From: Psilocybe cubensis
Lineage: Eukaryota
Length of the DNA stretch: 64,000 bases
Reading direction: 5' to 3'
Assembly (NCBI GenBank): GCA_017499595.2
Contig: CM038999.1
Location: 3,410,001-3,474,000 of the forward strand
Position 1 is the first letter of the stretch; every line of letters starts with the position of its first letter. Under the pieces are notes generated by a model. That model had not been told where the DNA came from, did not search any database, and saw nothing but the letters and a program-made list of their open reading frames with translations. This document shows, one piece after another, positions 22,876 to 37,820 of this stretch. The position numbers were made by a program, and so were the translations under genes.

Positions 22876-23504
22876 ATGGACAAACAACCTCGACTGCCCC
22901 CAACCTTCCGCAGCTTGTATCGTCTATTTCTGCGCACAGCATCCGCTACCGTGCTTCACCACAGACAAGCTAGGAGAAATCTTCGACAACGTTGGCGACC
23001 TGTTTTCGACGCAGGGGCGAAAGTGAGTCGAGAGCTTCAAAATGCACCAACAGACGCGTCAGAGTCATGGATAAAGGGACGCGAGGACTGGCTTAGGGTT
23101 TGGAACAAGCGCAGTGAGTTTTTGAATTCCCCTTTGGACATGGATTTAATCGAGTTCCTCGGAAAACAGTGGATAATACACTTTCCTTTTTATATACGGC
23201 GTCTCAGTCCCGCGGTCAACCCCACAAAGTGACCCGCAATCTTGCTTTCATGGTTGGCAACGAAAGGGAGCGTTTGATATCAAAGTACGCGCGCATGCAC
23301 AAGTGGGACCCAGTATCACCCAAGGTCGTAAAGCCAAAGCTAATTGAAGAGTCAAAAAAGGCCGAGCAGTTCCAGAATAACGCAAAACTGGCTTTCGACG
23401 AGGTTGTTCGATTTGCTGAGGCTAGTGGCGGTGGAATGACACTAGGAACAACAGAGTTCCCCTTGGTGCGCCTTTTCCGCTCGTACAAACCCAACAATGG
23501 TTGA
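22876..23504 (+). CDS. Hypothetical basic protein with an N-terminal LYR-like motif
   Basis: RSLYRLFLR near the N-terminus. Two exons, 22876-23113 and 23170-23504, joined by a GTGAGT...CAG intron. Confidence 0.7.
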
Positions 23505-24179
23505 GCAGTTTCTGCACAATTATCCTCCCAATTCATTCACTGGATAAGCGATAACCCTTGATTCCCCAGGTCGTTGCTACGTCGGGTGGCGGACGATAAT
23601 TCCCATTTCCAGTTTTGACTGTTGATACACCGACAAGCCCATCGGATGCCCGTTTACTCTTCGGCTTTGCAAGTGGTTATTCGTTATCTGAAGAATCTGA
23701 ATCTGGTATCGATTGAGTACCTCCAATTTTTCCGGCATCTATCTGCGCCCACCCACCCGACCGAAGACCCCATCCATCAACTCTATTTCACGTATAATTT
23801 ATCTTCCAGAACCCTCCAGCGTTGAAAACGTATACCCCACCATCAACCCATGATGATGATAAGATGGCTGGCCGTGATGAAACGTCTATTCATAGCTTCC
23901 AATAATTGGTGCCAAAATATCAACATATCAGGTCAAAGCCTCGCAACACCGCTCTTTCGGCATCGGTGTCATTTCGATCGTAGCTATGAACTTGATGGTG
24001 TGGCTCTATTTCTGCACAATATATATAACAAGCAATTCCCAAAATGTTGGTCATAAGGTTCTCTGGAGGGTGTATAAAGTGTTTCATCATTCGCCAACCT
24101 GGTTGTGCCTCTTTCCAGCTTGTGTTTTATAGCGCCATCCACTCAACAGGCCACACTCACTCCCTCTACTAACCCCTCG

Positions 24180-25036
24180 ATGATGTCTGCATCTCAATCA
24201 GCTGTTTCAACTTCATCGGGTGTAGGACGACATGAATTGCCATCCTTGGAGAACTTGCCAGAAATTACGACGAGGATGACAACTGTATGCCTTGTGTCGA
24301 GCCCATCCAGTATCTACAGCTCGGATGAAATGGAAGAACTCGAGAATGTGAGTCGTACAATAGGTGTTGTGTCAACCATCTCATTGATTCAAACGGATAA
24401 ATCCAGGATCAATCCAGCGGCGTATCAGGGGCGAGCAGTATGCCTGGCACACCTGGTCTTACATGGGACTCAGCACCTAGTACCAGTGAACTTCCTGCAG
24501 AGGGGCTTAAATCCGTTTTTGAAGACTGGGACGACCCTGAGATACCCAGCTCCGCTGTATACGTGGACGAAGACGGCAGCCAAGTCCTGCTACTTACTCC
24601 ACAAAGCACATTCTTTCAACCACCACCCACGCCTCCACCTTTCGGGCATGCACCTTTCTCGAATGGAATATTCCCTGATAACGATATAGCAATGGCAGAA
24701 CAAGTGATAACTCTGTCCGCCCTGTCTGATAGCGATGTTCCCCGTACCCCGGATACGTTTGAAAACGCAGAAGATGGTGCAATGTCAGGAAACGGGCGTA
24801 TTCTGTTCGTGGATACGACTTATACCTCTTACAACACTGAATGGTCGGCCTCCGTATTTTTCCCTCCAAAGTTAGCAGAAGAGGCTGCATCATGGACACC
24901 ACATGATTTTGTGGGCGGTCCAGATGTACCGTTGGACTGCATTCACTCAGCTGGAGATATCAGCCCGGTTGAGCGATGGGATGAGGTATGTGTTGTTTCC
25001 AAGGATATGATACCTGGAACTGGAGAGCTGATATAG
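24180..25036 (+). CDS. Hypothetical acidic Ser/Pro-rich protein
   Basis: Exons 24180-24347 and 24407-25036 join two overlapping ORFs across a GT-AG intron. Confidence 0.55.
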
Positions 25037-26047
25037 CCGATGGTATCTGCGTTTGCGTTTTACTCTATTTCAGAAAATATGGTCACCGGTCTTCCGCAGA
25101 GGGCTTCGCACTGCGCCTTGTCTTTGACCTTTTGCGGAACCATCGAGCGCCCATAGCTATTCATACACGGCACTGTGTCTCTATAAAGAGAAAAATGTTG
25201 GTGTATTCTGGTTCACGGATTTTTTCTTTGTATTATGGATGAAACCATTCCTGTCTTCTTTACCCCTGATGCTTATTCCAGGACGACACGCTCTTTTATC
25301 TTATAGGATTATTTATTCTTCGGCGACACCCTCATAAGTATCCCCCAACTTTCAATCTTTGGCAACCTGTCTTAAACAGGTGCACTACATAATATTCTGC
25401 CTCTCAGAATTGTAATCATTTTGATTGTAACATAGTACTGCTTCGCGAGAGATTTTTCTGATTTTCACCTTAATGAGTGGTACTCACTGAGAACTATCAT
25501 CATGATCTGATAACACAAAGTATCACTTCCAATTTTCCATGACGCATAGAGGACCCCAGTAACCTAAGACTGGAGAAATTCAGTTTCGGAGCAAAAGTGC
25601 CGAATGATGGGAAATTTGTCCGCATTGTGCGGCCTCGAGGCCCGCAAGCGCCGCTGTAAAGTCATGTTCATGTTGACTTTCACAGCGGCGTCCTGACTCT
25701 GCTCAGTCGGCCTTGCTCGTTCTGCTCCCTCAATGCCTTTCATCATAGATCACTGACAAATTTTGAATATCCGTGAAGGATTCATTACTTCAAGGTCCGT
25801 TGTTTGTGCATCGTGGTTGTGCCAACAGGCAGGCTGATATCATCGTGCCCTTTGACCCAAGTTCCGCGAGTCTGTGACGCATGAAGATGTCAAGTTCAAC
25901 CCCATCGCCAGTATCTGATGAGTCAAGTTCTGAAGGGTACGCATACTGTAAAAGAGAGCATTGCACGCAGGAGGCTCATCGTCGATTTGTAGGGAGATTC
26001 TGAGAGAGTTTGTGAATGACCTCACAGCTAAAGATCGCCAGGAATCG

Positions 26048-29000
26048 ATGTCACCACGATCAGCTTTACTCTCACATACATCTTTACGAACTGGTCCCGT
26101 GTCAAGTCATCAGAACATTGACCCTAACAATGCCATTGTCGATACCAGAGGGAAGCGTAGGAAGTCGCGGACGAAGGGCAGTCGTCGCGAGCTGGCACTG
26201 GAAGTCGGACGACCGAGTGCTCTCTCTCAGTTGGTGGATGTAGATATCTCCCGCAAGGACCCCCGGGACGAAGTAATGCGGCTTCGTGAGATCTTGAAGA
26301 CGGTGGAGAAGCATGCTATCATGGAGGCAAAGCGTGCCACTGAACTTCAGCGGGCCAATCTTGAAGCGCAGCATCGCGCTCGGATCCTTCATGAAAACAA
26401 ACTTGCCGCAGAGCAAGCAGCGGATAAAGCAAACCAGGAAAAGCGGCTGTATCAGTTTCAGCTTGATACTGCACAGAAAGAGATCGAAAGAAGTCAAGAG
26501 GCGGTTAGGAGGATTGAGAAACAGAGGGATGAGGCGGAGGCGGAAGCCGCCCGTGCTCGGGATAAGGCTAGGAAATTGCGTGAAGAGAAATTGATGCTTG
26601 CTGCTCGGGAAGAAGGGCGGAGGATGGGTTTTGAAGCTGGCTTCGAGCATGCTAGGGCAGAACGCCAGATGCATGCAGCAAGGACAAAGAAACCACCGAT
26701 CGATCCAAAACCTACTCATAAACGTCGCTCTTCAATGGAACCGGCTCCCAGCGTTCGCGTCGATAAAGGCAAAGGCAAAGAACGTGCATATAGTCAGCAA
26801 GATAATGACAGCCCACCGCACGACCCTCCTCCAAATAATACCCGGCGCCAAAACCCTCCAGTAAGAGAATCGATTCGAGGACGGGATGATGATATTATAT
26901 CTAGTCCAGACAGTCCTGTGATGTCTGTATCACAACTCCCACTCAGAAATCTTCCTCCGACATCCCGCTTATCGCAGGCAGGTCCTTCACAGTCGAGTCC
27001 ACTCAGGCCGTTTAAGCCACCTACCGAAACACATTCCGAACCTTCTGAACCCAGCGAACCTCCAGTTAACCACCACCGTTCGCCGACACCGCAGAAGTTG
27101 CAGCAACAATTCCAAGAACAACAGCAAGCGCCACGCCCTCCCAGCGTTCGAAGCACAGATATAGTAACATGGTCGGTAACGGTGCCAACTCCGAACGAGA
27201 TCGTCAGTAATGCCAACGAAAGCCCTCACCATAACGTCGCAACAGTTCCGCGAGACCAATGGGTGACTGCGCAGAAACGTCTTGACATGCCTACACCAGA
27301 AAACATGCCTCCGCAATTGACGCTCCCACCTCGTGACCCTCCGCCTAATAACCAGGCGAAGACGATGCAGAAAGTTGTTAGGCTCCCCCTTATACAACGT
27401 GCATCTTTCAAACAGGCCGCATCTTGGTATCGTTCTCTAAGTTTGCGCAAGAAGGCCAAACCAGTCACCGACCCAGTTAATGAAAAGCCCCCTTCCAAAA
27501 CTGTTCCTACTCCCACAACAACACCGATGTCTGCGCCGCTGTATAACGAATCCCAACCGCACGCTGCAGTGGACGAACCCATTGCTTCCGCAGAAATGTA
27601 TGGCCAACCTCCCCAACCGCCAATATCATGGTATCAAGCAAACCGACCCATTGCTCCTCCTGCGGCGTCGTCTGTGCGCAGCCAGGACTTTGCATATGGT
27701 AGACGCAGACGTGGTTCAGATGCGATGTCCATGTCGACCAGGGTATCGGAATTTGACCTTTTATCCACACCATATATTCCAGCGCAGAGCGTTAAAAGTG
27801 GAAAGGAAGGCGTCAAGCGTGTTAAAGAGCCCAAAGATAATTATCTTGGTGTTATCAAGGAAGACCCGTCTAGTAGAGGCAATACCCCCAGTACCGATAG
27901 GTATAATCACGGTGCATACCCCCCGGTAGAACAAATGCAAACTATACCCCAGCCTAACTTTGGACAGCCTTCGTTACATCAGCAGCCTTCCTATGGCACA
28001 CTGGCAAGCTCGGTGAGTTAGGCATCGCCATAATTTTGTTAATTTCCAAGTTTTCTGACCTCCGGGTTCGATATCAATATATAGGTGCAGGGTAAACGTC
28101 ACTCCCGACGCCCACCTCCACCTACTATCACTGTACCTGACCCAGACGAAGAATTGGAACCCTTCGGTGTCGCCTATGCACGTCATAATCGAAGCCAAAG
28201 CATGCCGAGCGGCTATACCGGAGGAGCAGATATAGGGCGGCGGCCATCGCGCATCTCTGAAAAGACAACACCCGACACGTCTATCGTTATTGATGTCGTT
28301 CCTCCTGTAAGTATTTTATGAGCTAAGGACTCAAGACTTTATCTGACTTCACCCTTTAATTTTTTCTATGTTCACTGAACTCAAGTCCGGCATGGCACCT
28401 GACATTGTTCAATCACCACCTCATACTGGCGTCAATCATCTCAGTCCATACCATGTCTATCGTCCTCCATCTCAGGCTAGTCAACGAATGGCTGCTATGA
28501 AATCAGTGACATCTCTGCACACTCAAGGCGGTAGTCGCCTTGAACCTCCCTCTGCTTCAACCCCGGCTGAACATCCAATGTCTGTGGCTGATCCTCGGTC
28601 CAAGTCGAGTCAAAGTTATACCAACTATGATCAACATCAGCCCCAAGTCCCACTTCGTCAGCCACCTACATCATCTCCCGCCCCGTCTCGAGCTGCTGGT
28701 AATCAGTATGCACAAGACAATAGTTCAAATTACACACTACAGCAACAACACGAATACCTGCCGCAACAAACACAAGTGCAGTCGTCTCGTGCACACTCAC
28801 GGGCAAGTGGGCAGTACTACCGCGACCAAACACCTTCGCAGACGCCTTATCAGCAACAACAATTTCTTCCTCCATCTTCACAAGCATTACCACCGCAACC
28901 TCGCCCAGAAAGCGTACGCTCTTATGCTTCCAGAAGACCAAATGAAAGTCTTCGACCTAAGAAAAGCCAGTCTAGCTTTGTGTTGCACAACCCTGACCCC

Positions 29001-29279
29001 GATATGAGCGCATCGCCGTCCCAGTTGCCTAATAACGCTTCAGGCCTACATCTCGAACATCCAAAGATGATGCAGCGTCAGAAATCGTCGACATCCCTGC
29101 GTTCAGTGGGTTCTTATTCAAAGTATGATCCAACAGAATATGTTGACCCTGCGTTTTGGTCTGCAAATGGGCCTGGCGAGTTGATACAACCGCATGGTGC
29201 GGGTACGTCGATTTACAACGGGCAAGAACGGGTGCATACTCGGCCTATTTCTGTCAATTCTGGACTTTCCTATGTTTGA
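26048..29279 (+). CDS. Hypothetical protein with an N-terminal coiled coil and a long Pro/Ser/Gln-rich disordered region
   Basis: ORFs of 686, 78 and 303 aa joined by introns (~28014-28085 and ~28308-28385). The start is uncertain. Confidence 0.75.
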
Positions 29280-30302
29280 GTGACCGAGTATTTGTCACTC
29301 GTCTTCTTTGTTACCAAACTCCCTTTTATCTGTACCAGAATCAATTGTACTATGTATCCCTTCTTCGTTCATCGATGTCACGATTTTTCTTTTTCACTTA
29401 TGACTACGAGTATGGAGATTTCCACAGCTTGATGGTACTTCACATTTTACTAGTTTAGTTTTTTTGTACGGAATTTCATGTAGTAGATACGAACATTTAT
29501 GAATACACAATGTATTGATCAATTTTAATATGTACGTAGAGATCGAAATATTCGTCCAGTCTCAGAACTTGAGATTTCACGTTAGCGGCTGGACAACAAA
29601 ACACAATATACTGTAATCATTCGTCGTTACATCCTTTAAAACGTTTGGATGGGCCTTGATGAGGAGAGAAAACTCATCCTCTCGAAACTCGTCTTTGATT
29701 TGGGATGATTGTGCCAGGTGCGACGGGGGCACTTGCACCCGTACCAGTGGAGTTCTCAACCTTTATTCCACCACAGCGTCCAAGTATGATTTAGAGCTTC
29801 GATATGTATTAACCTTGGAGTCTTGTCCATGAGCCGTTTACGCATCCTTTACTGTATCCCGGTCGAGGTCGGAGTTCAAATTGATGATTGCCGTGAGCAG
29901 TGACCACCCGTGAAAACTTCCACTTTCAGATGCGGCTTTTCGGCATGCTCAATATAGGTCCACGGAGTTTGCTAATTGCGCGAATGAGTATTCGTTGACA
30001 TCGTTATTCATTCGCTCAAACCTGCAGCATCAACATGTGTATCACTGCAATGCCTACGTTATCAAATTCCTCGAATGAATAAGGGCAATTACAGTGTACG
30101 CTCAAGACCTGCTTCAACGGCCGGGGTGCCAGGCACATGCGTCACTGCATCGGCTCCTGACAGTGTGTTGATAAAAATGAGCTTTCCACTTGCTTTTGTT
30201 CAACGCTCATCCTTCTATCCTTTCACTAGCTTTCCGAAACTCACAGCTAATTCCCTTGCATTACTCGTTGCATTCACTTCCGTGTACCTTCGCGGCCAAT
30301 CA

Positions 30303-31281
30303 ATGGTTCCTCATCTTTCTGCTATTGCTCAAAGCAATGCTGCTCTTGTTGGAGGTCTTAAAGGCGCTCCAGTGGCTGTTTTTCTTGGAGGAACATCTGG
30401 CATTGGTCAAGGGCTTGCGGAAACTTTCGCACGGTGGCGCAACGGCAATGCGCACATTATCATTCTTGGACGGAACGAGGCCGCTGCACGAGATATCATT
30501 GCCCATTTCCCCAAGCCCACCGCTTCTGGGGCTTCATGGAGCCACGAATTCATCCAATGCGACGCGACCCTTATGAAGAACGTTCGCGCTGCTGCTGAGA
30601 AAATACTCTCTAAACATCCCAAAGTCAATTACCTCGTCATGACCCCGGGATATTTCTCGACATCTGGAAGAGATGAGACGTCAGAAGGGATCGACAAGAA
30701 GCTTGCAGTGCATTACTACTCTAGGTGGAGGCTTACATATGATCTCCTACCTGCATTGAAGAAGGCCAAAGAGGAGGGAGAACACGTGAGAGTGCTTTCA
30801 GTGTATTCCACAGGCTATGGAGGGCCAATCAATGAGGATGATTTTGGGCTGAAGAAAACATTCTCGATGAAAAATGCCTTGGAGTCAGCTGCAACATACA
30901 ATGACTTAATGGTGGAGGTACGAACTATTTCCTCTTATTTCTCCCCCTTTTTTTAATGAACGTTCCTAGGCATTCCATGAACGAAACCCTGGCATCGTCT
31001 TCTCTCATGCATTTCCTGGCGGCGTCTCCACCAATCTCATGAGCTCAGCACGTACCCCTTGGATGCGGGCTGTTGCGCCTGTTGTGAACACTCTCACCAA
31101 ACCGTTCCTCGTTACCCAAGATCAATGTGCTGAGTATCTATGGTCAGGCCTTCTCAATACGAATATTGGTGCGTATAGAATGGGGAGAAGGGGAGAAAAT
31201 CTTGGGAAGCAAGGATATCACGGGAACGAAAAATTGAGGCAGAAGCTTTGGGAGCATTCAAAGGATGCCACTGATGTATGA
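30303..31281 (+). CDS. SDR-like NAD(P)-binding protein (copy 2)
   Basis: AVFLGGTSGIG. Paralogous to 17327-18298, with the same intron position after YNDLMVE. Confidence 0.9.
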
Positions 31282-31703
31282 TAATACGTACCAGTATTCG
31301 TTATCCTTGAAGTCGATAATACCAGGATTCTCCATGAGAGCCACCAAGCGGCCCTTTGACAAATTTAGGAAAACATACTATACCTCATAAGTAGGACTTG
31401 CTTCGTCTTATCTTCCCTTTCGTCTTTGGTTTCACATCTCTCGTAGGGTGCGCTATGGGCTCGCACGTATGGCTTGAATGAATGAAGGTCGTTATCCTGT
31501 TCATGTTTGATGTATCATTGTCTCATGAAATGCCGGATGCACTCGTGCGTCAAAGCAGTTCCTTCGAGCTACAGACGATATAAGGGAATTGTGAAGGACA
31601 TCTTGAGCCCATTCGTTTCAAATCTTACGATTGATGCCGGCAGTGATTCCAAGTCGTGATGAAAATAGTAGAGTCCGGACTACTATTAGTATCCAATTTA
31701 GCA

Positions 31704-31917
31704 GGGGCTTTTTCACACGCCTTGCCATTGTCTTCACAGAAATCAAGTGCAATGCCCGAACCCATTTCTGGCCTATCTCCATGCGCTTTTGTCTTCCATA
31801 TCGCCCATTACAAGCCTTCAATGGAAATGATGGGCCATACGCGTATGTCCTGACTATATATTTCTTAGAAATCCTTTCCTGATTCGTCTTGGAATTCTCA
31901 ACCACTTTTTCAAGTTC
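31704..31917 (+). repeat. Dispersed non-coding repeat, with an inverted copy at 59930-60094
   Basis: Shares ...TTTTGTCTTCCATATCGCCCATTA...GTCCTGACTATATATTTCTT...TTTTTCAAGTTC with the reverse complement of the second copy. Confidence 0.85.
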
Positions 31918-32618
31918 GACAAACTGGGCATCGTCGAAGCAACAATAATACTTGTTTGTTTTGAGTAGACGGCAGGAGAGAAATTAGAACTAAAAATTTT
32001 AAAGCAAGGATATATTAACCAGCTATGTAGCCGCCACTACATGACGGGAACCTGCAGAATTTCAGATTATTTTTAAGATATTGGGGCACTGTCAGCGGGC
32101 CATGTGCGTACACCGGCCTCGTTAAGGAAACAGGGCCTCCAGAGCGCTAAGTGCCGTAGTCCTAGATAGGGCTACAGTGTATCAATAACTTCCCTCGGTA
32201 AATTAGGGCCAAATTTGCTCGTAAAAAGACAATGGAAAGAAGGCCCCAATTCAAATAACACATGCTATGTCTAAGTACGCCAACTAGTTTCCAAATGTGC
32301 ACGTCCTAAAACCACTCATATCCATATATAGATGGCCATTGTAGTCCAGAAATGTCAGGCCGGAACTTTTTAATTGCCAAAGGGTTGAAAGCAATAAAAG
32401 GGACAGAGTGGTCGCTGCTCTTCAGACCTCTATCTTCCACCTCAACCCCAGTAAACACTATCCAACAATCGTCTTTCCGACTATTGTCAAGGTAACTCTA
32501 CTCTAAGTAGCGTTTTGCTGTATTCTAACTTTCCTCCTTCCACGCTGCCTATCGAAATCAAACTTGTTGGTTCAAGTGTTGGCCCCGCTCAGCAATATAT
32601 ATTATTTTAGTTTCTAAA

Positions 32619-33265
32619 ATGGCACATATGAATCAAGGTAAGGGTTTGTTTGACATGCTGCAGATGCTTTCTTCATGAGCAAAAAATTTGATAGAAACCT
32701 TGAATTCAATTCGCAAGCTTGTTAACAACAGCAAGGTTAGTCAAGCTTTCATCCAGCCGAGAATGCCAGCCATTGATTCGTACCCATAACTCTGGCAATC
32801 GAAATGTAGATCACTCTCACTCAACTTATGAGTTCCCTTTGTGAAATAGATTGCATCAATCTGTTTCGGAAATCCCAAAATGCACTCGAAGACAAGTCTA
32901 CCATTTCTATAGAAGAAGCGAACAGGGAGCTGGCCCTTGTACTCGCCGACCTCGTCGTCAACCACACCATCCTTGGCACCTCTCTGTCCAGCTTTCCGGC
33001 ATGCGCTGACGTCCAGTCCGCAGTCGACTTTCTAGAGAGGTCTTTTCCAGGATTCCGCGATTTGGAAATTAATAAACGTTATGATGAAATGCCTCAAATC
33101 GGTGGCACCTTGGAAAGCACCGAAACGGAAGCAGGAACCAAAGTCAAAGCCTTCGAGACTGTAACTGCTGGGGAGTTCATGAGGGCTGAGGCCCACGTCG
33201 TAACTGCTAGTCGCAATGGAGGGGCCCACCAGTTGGTTGAAATTGATATTTTGGAAGTTGACTAG
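32619..33265 (+). CDS. Small multi-exon hypothetical protein
   Basis: ATG at 32619, short exons with GT donors, and a terminal ORF ending at 33265. The exon structure was not resolved. Confidence 0.45.
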
Positions 33266-33727
33266 TTCTGGATTAGATGCAGTTCCTTGTTTCTATTTTT
33301 TTGACCTCTTACTCGACTGGGGCGTCACTGCGTCGGCTATAAATTATGCTCTCTGTGTATATTTTCAAAGCAATTGAATATGTTGCTTATACCTTTGATT
33401 TACAACTCTAGCCCAGGCCTCGCCGATCTAGAATGGGTGAAGAATGGATTTAACAAACATAGTTATTTCCTGTGTTCATTAGCGCGGTACATCCTTCCTG
33501 ACGTTGAGCTATCGATATGATATTGGCTTTTGTTAAGTCATGGTCCTTTAATCTGCCGAATACTTTGCGGGAGTCATCGTTGTACAGGAAGCGTTACCAT
33601 AAGCGATATTATTATTTGTATTTTCAAGGAGAACTGACTATTGCACAATCCTTCACAACAAACGTTAGAGTTAAATTAGCATGACGTGTAGAGTACAGAT
33701 GCTCACCGTCAAACAATACGTTGGATA

Positions 33728-34333
33728 TCATACTGAGATGGCTTTTGGCGACGGTGTCCGTGATAGGGGGATCTCCAGGAGGGGCTCCACGCGAGGTTTG
33801 CTCCTGTAGCATGTAATGAGGATTGTTGCAAGGAGTAGGACTTCAAATGCTGAAAGCAAGGCCGAGGTAACAAATGTAGCTGCCGTTCTGGTATAGTTGT
33901 GCTGATCACAGGACACAACCATCTGTCTTTCAGAATCCCAACACAGCCTCTTCTCCATCAGCTGCCGCGAGCCAATACTCGATGCGATGAAGGAGGTTAA
34001 CCAGACGCATATAAGAAACGTAATGTGGAATATATTTTTCCAGGTGGTGGGACTGAAAGGAAGTTGCATGTCAATTTGGCGTTTATGTTGCCAGATGATG
34101 AGCAGAGCGCCGACATGGAAAGGTGTGGTGAGGACGTATGCTATGATTGTAGGTATTGTGTAAAGTCGAGTTGTTAACACATTGACGAGAGCAAAGGAGA
34201 ATGGGAAGATGGTGAAAAAAAGAGAAGAGTAGGTAAGACCTGCGAAGAAACGAGGCATCTTCTCCGGGCTTTTCGTGACAAGAGTCGTGATTGACGCGGT
34301 ATCGGAGCCATCCACAGAGTCAGTGACGATCAT
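33728..34333 (-). CDS. Hypothetical membrane protein with about four transmembrane segments
   Basis: Four hydrophobic stretches in the 264-aa ORF. First ATG consistent with the model is at 34333. Confidence 0.6.
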   Translation of the reverse strand: MIVTDSVDGSDTASITTLVTKSPEKMPRFFAGLTYSSLFFTIFPFSFALVNVLTTRLYTIPTIIAYVLTTPFHVGALLIIWQHKRQIDMQLPFSPTTWKNIFHITFLICVWLTSFIASSIGSRQLMEKRLCWDSERQMVVSCDQHNYTRTAATFVTSALLSAFEVLLLATILITCYRSKPRVEPLLEIPLSRTPSPKAISV

Positions 34334-34990
34334 GCTAGTCCTGCTTGGGAGGAAAGAGGTTGGGAAATGTGTAATTCGTCCCCTGGCAAACGTTACTTGT
34401 AATATGCCATTAATAAGATGCAAATACGTCGGTCCGCAGCGCAAAGAGAACAGTTTCGTATTCCCCACGGAGTGCAGCCGAAGATCACACGGTGATATAA
34501 TGAGTAGCAAAACAAGGCTCACCTATCGATATTTACGCAAATCAGTGGTGGACGAAGCAAACGATGCTCGTTGCACACAAACCTCAGTATCTCGTTTACT
34601 GTTCTCTTCAATTATCTTGAAACAACATGAAACGGAGACCAGGACTGTTGTTTAATTGTATATAAGGCTGTGCACGCTTATCGCGAAGAGTCATCCGCAG
34701 GCCCTGAAAGTATGGAACAATGGCGATGTTGAAAGCACATCAGCTGAGGTTCCCGCAGTAGAATTTTCACAAGGGCTGATTTATTACACCGCCGAGTTGT
34801 ACTTCTTCGCTCAGCCCGGTTGGACGGTGAGAGCTTGGCAAAAATATGAAGAGCACACTCCAAGTCGATTTATGAGGCAATAGGCCAACAAATGCATCAT
34901 TCAAATGATCTTAAATGGACACATATACGATACACGAATCCTGCTATACAATGGGGCTTATAATCCCCGGACAAATATGAATTACATGGC

Positions 34991-37820
34991 TCAAAGTCCA
35001 TTCCATTTGGAGCGCTTTGTTAGGTGATTCCCAAGATAAAGTAAGTCAAAATCGCCATCTGGGTGCCCGCGTTTGACCCTAGTTGGTCCCTCAAATCGAG
35101 TACCACCCTCTTGACTTGGCTGAACCGGTGTTGCAGCTGGTGAGATGGAACATTCTTGCTGCATGTGAGTTTCAATGGCAGTGCCCATAAATGGCGGCAC
35201 TGTTGTCTCGGTTTCTACAGTTAACAGAGAATTTTGAGGTTCCTCTTCACGGTAAGATCGTCTGGAATAAGAGGAATTTCACGCCAGTCGGATGTTGAAA
35301 TGAGCTGGATGCCCATGAAGAATAGTCGAAACAATCGATGAAACTTCACGTAGGCCGCTGGAGCAAAATGTCGACGAAGGCTGACACGGTCAAAGTAGGC
35401 AGTGTGCATTATAAGCCTTACTTTTTCCATAGGTTTCGCAAATTCGGATATGTCTTTGTGAAATGAGACCGATATGGCTTGATTGATTGGGTAACAGAAA
35501 CAATGGGCTCGTTCCTCGGTGAGGTCTTCAACGTTTTGAAAGATTGGCCTTGCCCATGCATGGGACGATTTGCAATCAATTCGGCAGGCCATTGTCCACA
35601 GAAGTAGCCACCAAATCGATTCTAGGTCATGCTGGAAGTTGTGGGCAACAACTTCCCTATTTACACCAACTATCATCTCTGACACTGGTGCAAAAGGATT
35701 TGTTGATTCATCCGATGTCACTGATCTTGCTTCAGTCGCAACTGGTTGGAATATATAACTCCTCCCAAGGACTTCATGTGCCATAAAGTAAGGTGTACCC
35801 TGTTGATTCATATCTCAATAATGGCGACAAAATCAAGCCAAGAAATATACCGTTTTAGGGTCACTGGCGCCTTTATAGCCGTCTGGAGGCGGAAATTTCT
35901 TTGCATATTCAAGGTCTGAAAGTTTTGCCTGCCAGTTCAACATGGTGCCATCGGAGACGGCTTCAGTACTCTTATAGGCTAAAATATTCCCAGAGCTTAT
36001 ATCACGGTGGACCCAACCGGCACATAACATGAGTTGTAGCGCTACATAATGACCATAATTGAGAGCATTTCGCAAATAACTCAGTGGAAAAACTTACGGA
36101 TTAGGACTTGCTGAAGTACGTCAACGACTTCACCCAGCTTGCCTAGATTTCCTACGGGGGTACATATTTCTCGGAATACCACGCGGTACCGCTTCTTTGG
36201 CATGTACCTACGTGGTGCAACAGGCTTTGAGTTTGCAAGTTGTCCTCTGGCCTTGGTCATTGGACGTGTCGTGCCAGCAGATCTTAGGGAGCTTCTTGGA
36301 GTAGGGCTTTTGCGAGCAGAATCGGGTACCGGACCAGAATTGGAAAATGCAGGGGGTAGGGGGGTGGCAGGAGCAGGAGCAGTAAGCAAACCCCTTACAG
36401 GGACGGCCTTAGGAGCTACGTCATGCAAAGCTGGACTGGCATAATCGGTTTCAATACTAAGGAAAAAGTCTTTGTACCGTTTACTTTTGACTAGATCGGA
36501 ATGAAGAGACCTAAAAAAGTTAATGTCGTCCTCGTCGCCAGGTACCGTCGGTGTGGCTGGTTCCTCTTTCCAAAATGCCTCGATATCGTCAAAAAGTGCT
36601 TGTTGAATTTGGCCTTCAGTCTGTTCTGTAGAATCAATCCAAACGTCCTTCAAAACACACCGCTTGGGAGGATTAGTACTAAGGTCTTCGGCGAGATAAA
36701 TTCGAGTCATTCTTCCAGTGCTGTTATTGGAATTGTAGACGCTAATAGGGCTGATCGTTCGGAAGAAGCGACTCGGGGCATTTACTTGAGGTATTTCGAA
36801 CGTGTAATTTGAGTCTGCCTCCCGTGTAATTAGGGGGTCATAGCCAAGACCCTCCTCGGTTGCAAATAAGATGGACAAGAAGACCTTGATAAGCTTCTTT
36901 GGTTTCTGCAATTGATTTAGAATAGGTAGTTGACAACGGAAATAGAAGAAAACCCACATAGACAAAACTAAATGATTTCGATATGGCAGAATGAGACCGC
37001 GAATGAAACCAAAGAGTAACTTCGTCTCGTTCAATGGTTATCTATGAGCAGGTATATGAGAATACTTCTTCGACATAGAGAGCCACCTACCCCAAAAGTA
37101 AACATACGACGAACATCATCGTTCATAATACGCACATTGGCTGAAACTACTTTGGTGTTGCTCTAAATGATTGAAGTGTTAGAATAGATTTAACATTCAT
37201 GAAAATGGGCATACATCGTATCTCTGAGCAGGGTCAACCTTATGCTCCATTGGAACTGCCATCGCATAGGTGTTCAATATCTTCGATTCGGACGAAAAGG
37301 TGTCCGCAGTGAAGCATGCGTCAATTTTATGAGTAGACTTGGCGATAGAGGCGTACGGAGTGTGCTTATAGTGAAACCTGTTTCGAGTTCTACCGGGATA
37401 CTCAAATTTAGCGATGGATGCACTAATTTTTTCCAAATTTCTGTACGTCTTCATCTCTGATTGTGAGCCGTCCGGTGGAGAGAGATAGAGCATGAAGCGG
37501 GTCGTGTCACCAGTCCCAACCACCATGCTATCTGGCCGAAGGCACTGAGATATGCAGCTGGAAACATCTGCTTCTGACGGCACAAAAGGCAGGTATGAGC
37601 TCATGAATTGATCGAGGTCGCAAACTATAAATTCGCGCTCCATTTCGTGGGCGATTTGGGGGCGTACTGTAGGGATGTTGATGATACCCGCGTCAGATCT
37701 TGGGAAGCGAGCCGTGTCTGAGTGGCTTTGCGAACAATGGGTCAGAAAAACGGACAGAATTCAAAGGGGGAGTTCGATGGGGCACATGCATTCGGGGCTT
37801 GGTCTGGCTGCAATGGACAT
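34991..37820 (-). CDS. Fungal-specific FunK1-type protein kinase (copy 1)
   Basis: VLKDVW, WVHRDISSGN, LSDLEYAK, GTPYFM and QHDLESIWW. Multi-exon, with approximate start and end. Confidence 0.88.
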